Positions 63,727 through 64,000 of a stretch of DNA of 64,000 bases are shown one piece after another (position 1 is the first letter of the stretch; every line of letters begins with the position of its first letter). The position numbers and the translations under genes were made by a program. The notes beneath the pieces were generated by a model. It saw nothing but the letters and a program-made list of their open reading frames with translations, had not been told where the DNA came from and did not search any database. This DNA is from an uncultured Candidatus Saccharibacteria bacterium. Lineage in GTDB: Bacteria > Patescibacteriota > Andersenbacteria > UBA10190. The stretch lies in contig CAYJKV010000002.1 in the NCBI GenBank assembly GCA_964371255.1, forward strand, positions 2,553-66,552, read 5' to 3'.

Positions 63727-64000
63727 TTATTCAATAATTTCCACCCGCACTTTTTTAGATCCATCGCTGCCCGTTACCGGCAGTTTTGCCAATCTCAAAA
63801 AACCGCTTTGGCGTTTGGACTGCTTGGCTGCGCGCTCGATTAATGCCGTAGCGCGTTCACTGCTGCCCAATTCACTGATTAATTCTCTTCTTATTGCCAA
63901 TGTAATCTTTTGCTTTGCTTTCGTGATAAGCGGCTCATAATATTTTCTCAATTCTTTAGCTTTTGCTTCACTAGTCACGACGTAACCAGTGGTAGTTAGG
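63727..64000 (-). CDS. rplQ: 50S ribosomal protein L17 (N-terminus lies beyond the window end)
   Basis: AKAKELRKYYEPLITKAK and the C-terminal region match L17. The frame stays open to position 64000. Confidence 0.8.
   Translation of the reverse strand, partial: LTTTGYVVTSEAKAKELRKYYEPLITKAKQKITLAIRRELISELGSSERATALIERAAKQSKRQSGFLRLAKLPVTGSDGSKKVRVEIIE

Overview
A 64 kb chromosomal segment from a compact bacterial genome that is gene-dense and mostly encoded on the minus strand. TGA is a stop codon and RF2 is present. The gene content (PMT_2/GT-C glycosyltransferases, PEGA-domain and membrane-anchored cupredoxin proteins, a short ProS, many ORFans) suggests a CPR/Patescibacteria-like lineage, but that is an inference only. 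Housekeeping core, in window order: uvrD N-terminus (partial), a degenerate ABC ATPase, ftsEX, prfB with its programmed +1 frameshift, HtrA, two NUDIX hydrolases, trxB plus a glutaredoxin, a nucleotide-sugar dehydrogenase, a D-Ala-D-Ala carboxypeptidase, tsaC, xseAB, dnaX, serS, lysS, greA, the pbp2-mreDCB operon, proS, rseP, frr, holB, secDF, secA, hpf, a second mreB paralog, murA, csrA, and rpsI-rplM-rplQ (partial). Four tRNAs are present, all on the minus strand: Thr(CGU), Gly(CCC), Arg(CCG) and Gln(UUG). Non-core content worth a second look: (1) a translationally coupled two-gene ORFan cassette (508 aa + 347 aa with a Gly-rich tail) bracketed by two unusually structured non-coding regions; (2) a ~10 kb tRNA-Arg to tRNA-Gln interval holding a tandem-duplicated-domain ORFan overlapping a standalone C39-like cysteine peptidase, a cupredoxin, a GT-C glycosyltransferase, a zur/znuA pair with palindromic operator candidates, several small ORFs and an 870 bp GC-palindrome-rich non-coding stretch; (3) several short intergenic repeat families (TTGAAAATTGA, CATTGGTCATTGGGA, TAGCTTTAGCG, TTTCGGATTT) clustered 3' of minus-strand genes and 5' of tRNA genes; (4) a csrA gene with its own promoter and GGA-rich leader; (5) a division operon containing a catalytically degenerate HtrA-like PDZ protein next to ftsB. 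No CRISPR array, integrase, transposase or rRNA is visible. All functional calls are from motif recognition by eye; no database search was run.
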